From an uncultured Enterocloster sp. (GTDB lineage: Bacteria; Bacillota; Clostridia; Lachnospirales; Lachnospiraceae): a DNA stretch of 48,937 nucleotides. Numbering within the stretch: the stretch's first letter is position 1; every line of letters starts with the position of its first letter. The DNA is taken from contig CALWBS010000235.1 of assembly GCA_944376135.1 (NCBI GenBank), positions 1 through 48,937 of the forward strand. The letters are read 5' to 3'. Shown piece after piece: positions 19,091-27,712 of this stretch. Below the pieces are notes generated by a model. That model saw only the letters and a list, made by a program, of their open reading frames with translations. It was not told the DNA's origin and made no database searches. Both the position numbers and the translations under genes were made by a program.

Positions 19091-22045
19091 ATGAAGGAAC
19101 TTCCAAAGCCCGGGGATTCCCTCCACGGCTTTACACTCATAAAAACAGGAACCATCGGCATGCTGGGCGCGCAGACCGCAGAATTTCTCCACACCGCCAG
19201 CGGCGCGCAGCTTTTATATATTCAAAATGACGACCGGGAGCTGGGATTTAACATTATCTTCCGCACGCCGCAGCTGGACGACGCGGATTCCTGCCATATC
19301 CTGGAGCATCTGATTCTCTGCTCCTGCAGAAAATATCCCAGCCGGGATATTTTTTTCGACATGGACAGCAGCAGCTTTGCCACCTTTATGAACGGGATCA
19401 CGGACAACACCTACACCTGCTATCCTCTGTGCACCAGAAGCCAGGAACAGCTCATCCGTCTGGCCGATGTATTTTTATGCTGCATGGAAGAGCCGGAAGG
19501 GCTGGAAAATGAAAATTTCTTTCTCCGGGAGGGAATCCGTTATGAGCTGGAAAATGAGAAAGGCCCTCTTTCCCTTCAGGGCACGGTATTCAATGAAGAC
19601 TGGGGCCATCTGACAGATATCCTGGAAAATGCCGACAGCAATACGGCCCATGCCCTCTACCCCGGACACACGGCTTCCCGGCTTCTCGGCCGGGCGCATT
19701 TTCATTATAAGGAGGTCTCGTTTGAAAAGGTAAAAGAGGCATTTTCCCGCTTTTACACCTACTCCAACTGCCTTGTAGTCCTCTACGGCGCGATGGATTA
19801 TGAGAAAATTCTGAATTTCCTTGACAGGGAGCATTTTTCCAAATATCCGGCCGGCCCGGAGGCCGCAGCAGCCCGTCAGGCGCTCTCGCTCTTCGCCCAG
19901 CCGCCTGCCTGCGGCTTCCGGGAGGTCTGCGCCCAGAGCCCCGCTTACAAGGACAGCCCGGCGGCTCACGCCTCGATTCTGGATTACGCCGTCGATTTGT
20001 CGGATTTGAGCCAGGAGGAGATTCTGTATTGGGACATGCTGGCGGATATGCTGGACAGCGACATCTCTCCCCTGCAGCAGCGCGCGCGGGAGGAGGGAAT
20101 CAACAATACCCTGGAGGTCTACGTAGATGTGACCGCCCGCCCCTCCCTGCGCTTCCGGCTGCACAACGGAGATGCCTCACAAAAGGATGCCTTTCTGCGC
20201 TGCATCCGGGACTCTCTGCAGATTGTAAGCCGGGAGGGAATTTCTGAAAAACTGATCGGCGCATCCCTGAAAGAAAAGCGGCTCTCTGACCGCCTGACCC
20301 GCGAATCCGCTCACCTTGGCTTTCATATTTCTGAGGAAATCGGCCGCTTCTGGAGCGTCACGGGACAGACAGACTATTTCCCTCTCTATGAAAGAGCCCT
20401 TGCGGCCTTTGCTGCGGACAGCCGCCAGGATATTCCCCGCCGTCTGGCCGCACAGGCCCTGACGCCTGAGGCGTCCGCCTTTTCCCTTACCAGTCCGGCT
20501 CCCGGCATGGCCGAGGCCATGGAAGAGGAAAAGGATGCATATCTGGCAGAAAAGCTGGCCTCCATGTCCCGCGAAGAGCGGGCCGCCCTGACGGACCGCA
20601 CCCGGGCCTTTCATGCGTGGAGCCGTGAGGAAAAAAGCTGCCGTGACTTCCTCATAAATCCCAGCGAGCTCCCGCAGCCGGAGGAGACTCCTCCCTTCAC
20701 TGTCACGCAGAAGGAGGGCATTACCTTCTACTGTGCCCCGGCTCCCGCAGCCGGCCTCGGATGCTATCAGCTCTTTTTTGACCTGGGTGGCCTCTCCCCC
20801 GAGGACTGGAAGTACCTCTCCCTCTACCAGCTTCTTCTCACCGAGCTGGATACCGCCCGCTTCTCGGTGGAGGACCAGAAGGCCCTGGAACAGGAGTACC
20901 TCCACGGATGTACTTTTGATGAGCTGTATCCCGGGAAAGAGGCCGGCGCCAACAGCCATCCCATGATGAGCGTGATCTGGTACGGATTTGCGGAAGATTT
21001 CGGAAAAAGCCTGGAGCTTCTTCTGGATATCATGACCGGCGCCGATTATAATGACCGGGAAACCATCATCCGCGTCCTGGAAAAATACCTTCCCGACTAT
21101 GACCTGGCGCGTCCGGAGAACAGCGCTTCCCTGGCCTACGCCATGGCGGAGAGTCATATCCGCCTAAGCAGCTGTTTCCGTTTCTGTTTAAACAGCCCGG
21201 ATATTTACTATTTTCTCCAGGATATTTTAGGGCAGCTTAAAAATGATCCGGAACGGATAGTCTCTCTGGCCGGAAAGCTTAAAGATGTGGCCGCGGCTGC
21301 GGTCTGCCGGGACAATCTGCTCTTTCTTGCTGCGGCCGAGGAGACAGCGCTTCCCTCCATCCGCCGGCAGGCGGCCGCGCTCCTCGCACAGCTGCCCGCA
21401 AAAAGAGCTTCGGCACAGGCCATCTCCGACCCCCATGCGGCGCTCCCCCGCACCGTCCTCCGCTCCGGCGCCGTCACCGACAGCCCTTCCCTAGAAATCC
21501 GCCTTCTGGGGGATTTCCGGAACGACGCCGCTTTTAAGGGGCGTTACCTCCCCTTCCTTCTGGCAGCCGGAGATAAATACATAAAGCCCGGTGTCCGATA
21601 CCAGGGGGAGGCCTACGACAGCGGCGTGGATATCTATCTGGCAGGGGGGTATTTTACCCTGTGGAGCACAGCAGATTCCCGGCCCGATTCTACCATTCCT
21701 TTGCTCCTGTCCGCCGGAGAATCCCTTGAAACCATGGACATCTCACCGGAGGATTTAAATGGCTACATTTTAAGCGCTTACTCCCAGGTGCTCCCGCCCT
21801 CCGGCGTTCTGGGACACCCTATGGCCGTTATGCGCAGGCACCTTGCGGGAATCCGCACGGAAGATCTGCAGGCCATAGCCGCTGACATTCCCTGCGCCTC
21901 CCTGTCCTGCCAGAGGGAAGCCGGACAGGCCATCAGCCGTCTGCTCAGGCAGGGGCCCCTGGCGGCAGCCGGAAATGAGGGATGTCTGCTGCGGGCAGAG
22001 AAGTTTTTTGACAAAATCTGCCGCATCCGCCGCCCAGACTGCTGA
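19091..22045 (+). CDS. M16C (insulinase/PreP-like) zinc metallopeptidase
   Basis: Inverted Zn motif HILEH, downstream GTVFNE, about 985 aa; AGGAGG SD before ATG 19091. Confidence 0.85.
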   Translation: MKELPKPGDSLHGFTLIKTGTIGMLGAQTAEFLHTASGAQLLYIQNDDRELGFNIIFRTPQLDDADSCHILEHLILCSCRKYPSRDIFFDMDSSSFATFMNGITDNTYTCYPLCTRSQEQLIRLADVFLCCMEEPEGLENENFFLREGIRYELENEKGPLSLQGTVFNEDWGHLTDILENADSNTAHALYPGHTASRLLGRAHFHYKEVSFEKVKEAFSRFYTYSNCLVVLYGAMDYEKILNFLDREHFSKYPAGPEAAAARQALSLFAQPPACGFREVCAQSPAYKDSPAAHASILDYAVDLSDLSQEEILYWDMLADMLDSDISPLQQRAREEGINNTLEVYVDVTARPSLRFRLHNGDASQKDAFLRCIRDSLQIVSREGISEKLIGASLKEKRLSDRLTRESAHLGFHISEEIGRFWSVTGQTDYFPLYERALAAFAADSRQDIPRRLAAQALTPEASAFSLTSPAPGMAEAMEEEKDAYLAEKLASMSREERAALTDRTRAFHAWSREEKSCRDFLINPSELPQPEETPPFTVTQKEGITFYCAPAPAAGLGCYQLFFDLGGLSPEDWKYLSLYQLLLTELDTARFSVEDQKALEQEYLHGCTFDELYPGKEAGANSHPMMSVIWYGFAEDFGKSLELLLDIMTGADYNDRETIIRVLEKYLPDYDLARPENSASLAYAMAESHIRLSSCFRFCLNSPDIYYFLQDILGQLKNDPERIVSLAGKLKDVAAAAVCRDNLLFLAAAEETALPSIRRQAAALLAQLPAKRASAQAISDPHAALPRTVLRSGAVTDSPSLEIRLLGDFRNDAAFKGRYLPFLLAAGDKYIKPGVRYQGEAYDSGVDIYLAGGYFTLWSTADSRPDSTIPLLLSAGESLETMDISPEDLNGYILSAYSQVLPPSGVLGHPMAVMRRHLAGIRTEDLQAIAADIPCASLSCQREAGQAISRLLRQGPLAAAGNEGCLLRAEKFFDKICRIRRPDC

Positions 22046-22069
22046 AAAATCGTTAAATATTTATTTAAA

Positions 22070-22097
22070 TTGACAGTAAAGGCGCTGGTGCTATAAT
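22070..22097 (+). promoter_or_regulatory. sigmaA promoter of the aldehyde dehydrogenase
   Basis: TTGACA (22070-22075), 16 nt, TATAAT (22092-22097) with extended TG. Confidence 0.75.
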
Positions 22098-22164
22098 AAA
22101 AAATAGGTAGAAATTGCCAATTTTTATGATCGTACAGAATTTGACAGAAAGGAGAGAGAACAAT

Positions 22165-23658
22165 ATGTCAGATGTGAAGCTTCAAGACAAGTACCAGCTT
22201 TTTATCGGCGGGGAGTGGAAGGATGCCTCCGACGGAGTGACCTTCACCACCACATGCCCGGCAGACGGACGGGTTCTGGCGCAGTGCGCGGAGGCAACCA
22301 GGGACGATGTGAATGCGGCTGTGGAAGCCGCCTGGAAAGCTTTCCCGGCCTGGAAGAAAGCGACCGCCAGCGAACGCGCGGCGATTCTCAACAAGATCGC
22401 AGATATCATTGACGCCAACACAGAGCATCTTGCCATGGTAGAGACCCTGGACAACGGAAAGCCCATACGGGAGACCATGGCCGTAGATATCCCCCTGTCC
22501 GCCCAGCATTTCCGCTATTTCGCGGGCTGCATTATGGCGGAAGAAGGCAGCGCCAATATGCTGGGAGAGAATACGTTAAGCCTGATTCTTCGGGAGCCCA
22601 TCGGAGTCGTGGGGCAGATCGTTCCCTGGAACTTCCCCTTCCTGATGGCGGCCTGGAAGCTGGCTCCGGTGCTTGCCAGCGGCTGCTGCACCGTATTTAA
22701 GCCCTCCAGCTCCACGCCTTTAAGTGTTCTGGAGCTTGCCCGTCTGATTCAGGATGTAATCCCCGCGGGCGTGTTTAATGTAATCACAGGATCGGGTTCT
22801 AAATCCGGCCAGTATATGCTCGAGCACAAGGGGTTTCGCAAGCTGGCTTTCACCGGCTCCACAGAAGTGGGACGCAATGTGGCGATTGCCGCGGCGGAGC
22901 GCCTGATTCCCTCCACCCTGGAGCTGGGAGGCAAGTCCGCCAACATCTTCTTTGAGGACTGCGACTGGGAGATGGCGATGGACGGCCTGCAGATGGGCAT
23001 TCTTTTCAACCAGGGGCAGGTGTGCTGCGCAGGCTCCCGGGTATTTGTCCAGGAGAGCATCTACGACCGGTTTGTGGAGGAGGCTGTAAAGCGCTTCAAC
23101 CAGGTAAAGGTGGGCCTTCCCTGGGAACCGGACACCCAGATGGGCAGCCAGATAAGCAAGGGACAGATGGCCAAGATATTGAGCTACATAGATATCGGAA
23201 AAGAAGAGGGCGCCAAAGTTCTCTGCGGCGGTTTCCAGGTAACGGAAAATGGACTGGACAAAGGCTGCTTCCTGCGCCCCACGCTTTTAGGCGATGTGAC
23301 CAACCAGATGCGGGTAGCTCAGGAGGAAATCTTCGGCCCCGTGGCCTGCATTCTCAAGTTTAAGACAGAGGATGAAGTAATTGCCATGGCCAATGACAGC
23401 GAATACGGCCTAGGCGGCGCCGTCTGGACCAGGGATATCAACCGGGCTATCCGGGTAGCGCGGGCGGTGGAGACAGGGCGCATGTGGGTGAACACCTATA
23501 ACTCCATTCCTGAGGGTGCGCCTTTCGGCGGCTACAAGACTTCGGGAATCGGCCGCGAGACCCACAAGGTAATCCTGGAGCACTACACCCAGATGAAGAA
23601 TATTATGATTAATCTGAGCGAAGCGCCCACCGGTTTCTATCCGCCTAAGGCAGAGTAG
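22165..23658 (+). CDS. NAD-dependent aldehyde dehydrogenase
   Basis: PWNFP, FTGSTEVG, LELGGKS, FNQGQVCCAG, EEIFGPV; GAAAGGAG SD before ATG 22165. Confidence 0.95.
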   Translation: MSDVKLQDKYQLFIGGEWKDASDGVTFTTTCPADGRVLAQCAEATRDDVNAAVEAAWKAFPAWKKATASERAAILNKIADIIDANTEHLAMVETLDNGKPIRETMAVDIPLSAQHFRYFAGCIMAEEGSANMLGENTLSLILREPIGVVGQIVPWNFPFLMAAWKLAPVLASGCCTVFKPSSSTPLSVLELARLIQDVIPAGVFNVITGSGSKSGQYMLEHKGFRKLAFTGSTEVGRNVAIAAAERLIPSTLELGGKSANIFFEDCDWEMAMDGLQMGILFNQGQVCCAGSRVFVQESIYDRFVEEAVKRFNQVKVGLPWEPDTQMGSQISKGQMAKILSYIDIGKEEGAKVLCGGFQVTENGLDKGCFLRPTLLGDVTNQMRVAQEEIFGPVACILKFKTEDEVIAMANDSEYGLGGAVWTRDINRAIRVARAVETGRMWVNTYNSIPEGAPFGGYKTSGIGRETHKVILEHYTQMKNIMINLSEAPTGFYPPKAE

Positions 23659-23704
23659 GAAGCTGTTTTTCCATCCTAAACATCCTAAACAATTACAATT
23701 TTTC

Positions 23705-23733
23705 TTGAAAACGGAAAATTTCCGTGCTATAAT
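23705..23733 (+). promoter_or_regulatory. sigmaA promoter of the MATE operon with palindrome in the spacer
   Basis: TTGAAA (23705-23710), 17 nt, TATAAT (23728-23733); ACGGAAA-A-TTTCCGT at 23711-23725. Confidence 0.8.
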
Positions 23734-23739
23734 TTAGTG

Positions 23740-23892
23740 GTAAACAGCGGCGGTTCATGGCGGACCGCCGCTGCAGCTAAATAGTTTAATGACACGATAC
23801 AAGAAGTGCAGTTCTGCAATCTGATACGATACAGGATTCTGATGCCTTTTGTATCGTTTTATTTTGCGCATACAAAGGGTATGCGCTTTTTT
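23740..23892 (+). promoter_or_regulatory. Structured 5' leader ending in an intrinsic terminator (candidate attenuator/riboswitch)
   Basis: 12-bp hairpin 23745-23773; competing ACGATACA/TGTATCGT pairings; terminator GCGCATAC-aaagg-GTATGCGC-TTTTTT (23866-23892) 30 nt before the MATE start. Confidence 0.75.
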
Positions 23893-23921
23893 GTTGTCAA
23901 AATGCAGGAGGTAATGAAACA

Positions 23922-25373
23922 ATGGAACAAGCACAGACAAATGACTTTCTGGAGCGGGAAAGTCTCGGAAAACTTATGGGAAAATACGCAGTTCCCTGCG
24001 TGATTTCTCTGCTGGTGGCAGCGCTCTATAATATCGTAGACCAGATATTTATCGCCAACGCATCCTATCTCGGCTCCTACGGAAACGCCGCAAATACCGT
24101 AGTATTCCCTCTCACCGTGGTGGCCCTTGCCATTGCCGTGATGATCGGCGACGGCTGCTGCGCGTTTGTGAGCATCAGCCTTGGCGCGGGAAACGCGGAG
24201 GACGCCCATCGGAGCATCGGGAACGCGGTGGTACTCTGCATCCTATGCAGCATTCTTGTGACAGCGGCCTATCTCATCTTTATGGAACCCATTTTGACCG
24301 CGTTCGGCGGAAAGGTCAATGAGGAAACCTATGCCTGCGCCCAGGAATATTTCTTCTGGATTACCCTGGGAATCCCGTTTTACATGTTCGGGCAGGCCAT
24401 GAATCCCATCATCCGCTCGGACGGAAGCCCTAAATTTGCCATGTTTTCCACATTAATCGGCGCCGTGGCCAACATTATCCTCGATCCCATCTTCATTTTC
24501 CCCCTGGGAATGGGTATGATGGGCGCAGCTGTGGCAACGGTGATCGGCCAGATTCTCACAGCTGTCTTGTCCATCTGGTATCTGTGCCACATGAAGGCGG
24601 TGAAGCTGAGCCGAAAGAGTTTTGGCCTTTGGGGCTCCCTGATGAAGCGGTTCCTCGTCCTGGGAATCACCAGCTTTTTATCTCAGATTTCCCTGGTCAT
24701 CTCCATGGCGGCTGTCCAGAACATGTGCACCAAATACGCAGCCCTGGACCCTGTCTTTGGGCAGGCCGAATACTCCCAGATTCCTCTGGCCGTGCTGGGC
24801 ATCGTGATGAAGTTCTTCCAGATTGCCATCTCAGTGGCCGTTGGCATCGCTGCCGGGTGCATCCCCATCGTGGGATACAATATCGGGGCCGGGCGCAAAG
24901 ACCGGGCCAAGAGCCTTTTCAGCTATCTTCTGATCACGGAAGCTGTGGTAGGGCTCATCGCAACACTGATTGTCGAGCTTCTGCCCCATCAGCTCATCGG
25001 TATTTTCGGCGCAGCCAATGAGAGCGCGTACTATACGGACTTTGCCGTGCGCAGCTTCCGGATTTACCTGTGCATGATGATTCTGGCAACCGTCAACAAG
25101 GGAACCTTTATCTTCCTGCAGGCATTGGGAAGAGCGGTCGCTTCCACCATCGTATCCCTCACCCGTGAGATTATCTTCGGCGTGGCTCTGCCCATTATAT
25201 TCCCAATCTTTTTCGGACTGGACGGCCTGCTGTACTCCTTCCCTGCGGCGGATATTCTGACCTTTGTCATCGCACTTCTCTTTATATGTCAGACCTACCG
25301 CTCGCTCGGGAGCTCCGGGCCTGCCAGAGCACAGGGCAGTATAACACGCAAAAGAGGAGGTATTTCTAAATGA
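23922..25373 (+). CDS. MATE family efflux transporter (MepA-like)
   Basis: ALYNIVDQIFI, IIRSDGSPK, ANIILDPIFIF, GAAVAT; about 12 TM helices. Confidence 0.95.
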   Translation: MEQAQTNDFLERESLGKLMGKYAVPCVISLLVAALYNIVDQIFIANASYLGSYGNAANTVVFPLTVVALAIAVMIGDGCCAFVSISLGAGNAEDAHRSIGNAVVLCILCSILVTAAYLIFMEPILTAFGGKVNEETYACAQEYFFWITLGIPFYMFGQAMNPIIRSDGSPKFAMFSTLIGAVANIILDPIFIFPLGMGMMGAAVATVIGQILTAVLSIWYLCHMKAVKLSRKSFGLWGSLMKRFLVLGITSFLSQISLVISMAAVQNMCTKYAALDPVFGQAEYSQIPLAVLGIVMKFFQIAISVAVGIAAGCIPIVGYNIGAGRKDRAKSLFSYLLITEAVVGLIATLIVELLPHQLIGIFGAANESAYYTDFAVRSFRIYLCMMILATVNKGTFIFLQALGRAVASTIVSLTREIIFGVALPIIFPIFFGLDGLLYSFPAADILTFVIALLFICQTYRSLGSSGPARAQGSITRKRGGISK

Positions 25374-25954
25374 AAAACAGAATCATCACTATCAGCCGCG
25401 AATTCGGAAGCGGCGGCAGAACGATCGGAAAGATGACCGCGGAGAAACTGGGCATTCCCTGCTACGATGCGGAGCTCATTGAAAAAATCGCGGAGGAAAG
25501 CGGCTTTTCCAAAGAGTACGTGGCGGACCGGGACGAGTACGCCGTGGGCAAAGGACTTCTCTCCCACGCCTTCGCAGATCGGGATTTTTACGGCCATTCC
25601 TACCAGGATGAGCTCTGGACAGTCCAGCGCAGGGTTATCCTGGAGCTGGCCCAAAAGGGCTCCTGCGTGATCGTGGGGCGCTGCGCGGATTATATCCTGC
25701 GCGGTCAGGCAGACTGCCTGCAGGTTTTCATCCATTCCGATATGGAGAGCCGGGCAAAGCGCATTGTAGAGCAGTACGGCGAGCGGGAGGATTCCCCGGA
25801 AAAGCGGCTGAAAGATAAGGATAAGCGCCGGGCCGCCTACTACAATTTCTATACGGATATGAAATGGGGAGATGTTCACAATTATCATCTTTCTTTGAAC
25901 AGCGGCGCGCTGGGAATCCATGCATGCGCTGAGACCATCGCAAATTTATATTAA
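25370..25954 (+). CDS. Cytidylate kinase-like family protein
   Basis: IITISREFGSGG P-loop, CVIVGRCADYIL, DKRRAAYY; overlaps the MATE stop. Confidence 0.9.
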   Translation: MKNRIITISREFGSGGRTIGKMTAEKLGIPCYDAELIEKIAEESGFSKEYVADRDEYAVGKGLLSHAFADRDFYGHSYQDELWTVQRRVILELAQKGSCVIVGRCADYILRGQADCLQVFIHSDMESRAKRIVEQYGEREDSPEKRLKDKDKRRAAYYNFYTDMKWGDVHNYHLSLNSGALGIHACAETIANLY

Positions 25955-25975
25955 TTGCATACAGGGAGCCCGGTT

Positions 25976-27712
25976 ATGTGGAAATATATCAAACATTATC
26001 TGCACTTTGCACTCTTGGCTGCGGCCTTCATGGTCGGAGAGGTACTGATGGATTTGATTCAGCCCCAGCTCATGAGCCGGATCGTGGATGAGGGCGTCCT
26101 GGGAATCGGCCGCGGCGGAAGCGCCGACCTGAGTCTGATTGGGAATCTGGGCCTTCGCATGACCGGCCTGGTACTCTTCGGCGGCCTCTGCGGCTCCTTA
26201 AACAATGTATTTGTTCACCTGAGCGGCCAAAACATCGGAAACGAAATGCGCAAAGACTGTTTTGGCCGCATCATGGCCTTCTCATTTCCCCAAATGGATC
26301 AATTTGGGGCCGGTTCTCTGATTACCCGCGTCACCAACGATATCACACAGGTTCAGACATTTTTTTTTCTGTTTTTCCGGGGCGTGATTCGCACCTCTAT
26401 GCTGATGTTCGGCAGTATTTTCTTCATGTTTCGGCTCAGCCGCCGCTTTGGCCTGATAGTTCTGTGCGCATTTCCTCTGATCACCGGCGTCATGGCTGTC
26501 TGTCTGATTCACGCCAATCCGCTCTTCAAAAAGCTCCAGGAACAGCTGGATAAAATCAATACCATTTTGCAGGAGGATGTGTCCGGTATCCGCATCATCA
26601 AGGCCTGCGTGCGGGAGGCATATGAAAAGCAGCGCTTTGGAGCAGTCAACAGCGGGCTCGTGCAGACCCAGAGCCATATTCTCTTTATCTTTGCGCTCAT
26701 GAACCCCCTGATGAATGCGCTGATGTATGGGGTGGCGGCCGTTCTTCTCCTGACAGGCTCCCGCGAGGTGCACTTTGGCAGCGCCACACCGGGGAGTATT
26801 ATGGCGGCCATCACTTACACCACCCAGCTTCTCAATGGGATTTTGATGCTGGTCATGCTGTTTCAGAATATTTCCCGCGGTCTTGCCTCCTGGCGCAGGA
26901 TAAAGGAGATTCTTGTGAGCGAACCCCTGCTGAAGGATGGCGATTTCCGCAGAGAGTCAGATGTAAAAGGGGAAATACGTTTTAAAGATGTCTCTTTCGC
27001 CTACCCGGGAAACAGCCGGCTGATCTTAAAGCATATCAATTTCACCATCCATCCCGGAGAAACCGTGGCCTTTATGGGGGCCACAGGATGCGGAAAATCC
27101 ACTCTGGTCCATTTGATTCCCCGGTTTTATGATGTCACGGAAGGCGAAGTGCTTGTGGATGGGATAAATGTAAAAAAATACCGCCTGAAAGACCTTCGGA
27201 GCAAGGTCTCTATTGCGCTGCAAAAGAGCGAGCTGTTCGGCGGCTCGATTGAGGAAAACATTTCCTGGGGCGCTCCTGAAGCCGGCCCGGATGCCATCCG
27301 CAGGGCAGCAGAAACTGCCCAGGCGGATACATTTATCAGCGAACTGGCGGACAGCTGGCAGACCGTGGTGGCGGAGAGAGGCATGAGCCTTTCCGGCGGC
27401 CAGCGTCAGCGCATCTCTATCGCCAGAGCCCTGGTAAAGGACGCGGAAATTTTGATCTTTGACGATTCCACCAGCGCCCTGGATTTAAGGACAGAAGCGC
27501 GCCTTTATCGGGCTTTAAAGGAGACATATCCGAACAGCACAAAAATCTTTGTGGCTCAGCGGATTGCCTCTGCCCGCCGCGCAGACCGGATCGTTGTGCT
27601 GGAGTCCGGGCGGATTGCCGCCTGCGGTACCCACGAGGAGCTCATGGCATCCAGCAGGGCGTACCGCGCTATATGGGATTCCCAAATGGGGGAGGAGGAG
27701 AGAGATGGATAA
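25976..27712 (+). CDS. ABC exporter, fused permease/ATPase subunit 1
   Basis: GATGCGKS, LSGGQRQR, IFDDSTSALD (degenerate site of a heterodimeric exporter). Confidence 0.93.
   Translation: MWKYIKHYLHFALLAAAFMVGEVLMDLIQPQLMSRIVDEGVLGIGRGGSADLSLIGNLGLRMTGLVLFGGLCGSLNNVFVHLSGQNIGNEMRKDCFGRIMAFSFPQMDQFGAGSLITRVTNDITQVQTFFFLFFRGVIRTSMLMFGSIFFMFRLSRRFGLIVLCAFPLITGVMAVCLIHANPLFKKLQEQLDKINTILQEDVSGIRIIKACVREAYEKQRFGAVNSGLVQTQSHILFIFALMNPLMNALMYGVAAVLLLTGSREVHFGSATPGSIMAAITYTTQLLNGILMLVMLFQNISRGLASWRRIKEILVSEPLLKDGDFRRESDVKGEIRFKDVSFAYPGNSRLILKHINFTIHPGETVAFMGATGCGKSTLVHLIPRFYDVTEGEVLVDGINVKKYRLKDLRSKVSIALQKSELFGGSIEENISWGAPEAGPDAIRRAAETAQADTFISELADSWQTVVAERGMSLSGGQRQRISIARALVKDAEILIFDDSTSALDLRTEARLYRALKETYPNSTKIFVAQRIASARRADRIVVLESGRIAACGTHEELMASSRAYRAIWDSQMGEEERDG

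Noticed and set aside
22050-22068. Possible Rex operator upstream of the aldehyde dehydrogenase
   Set aside because: Only one half-site resembles the Rex palindrome.
23740-23892. Assigning the MATE leader to guanidine-IV, T-box, ZTP or c-di-AMP classes
   Set aside because: I could not find their hallmark sequences by eye; left unassigned pending an Rfam scan.
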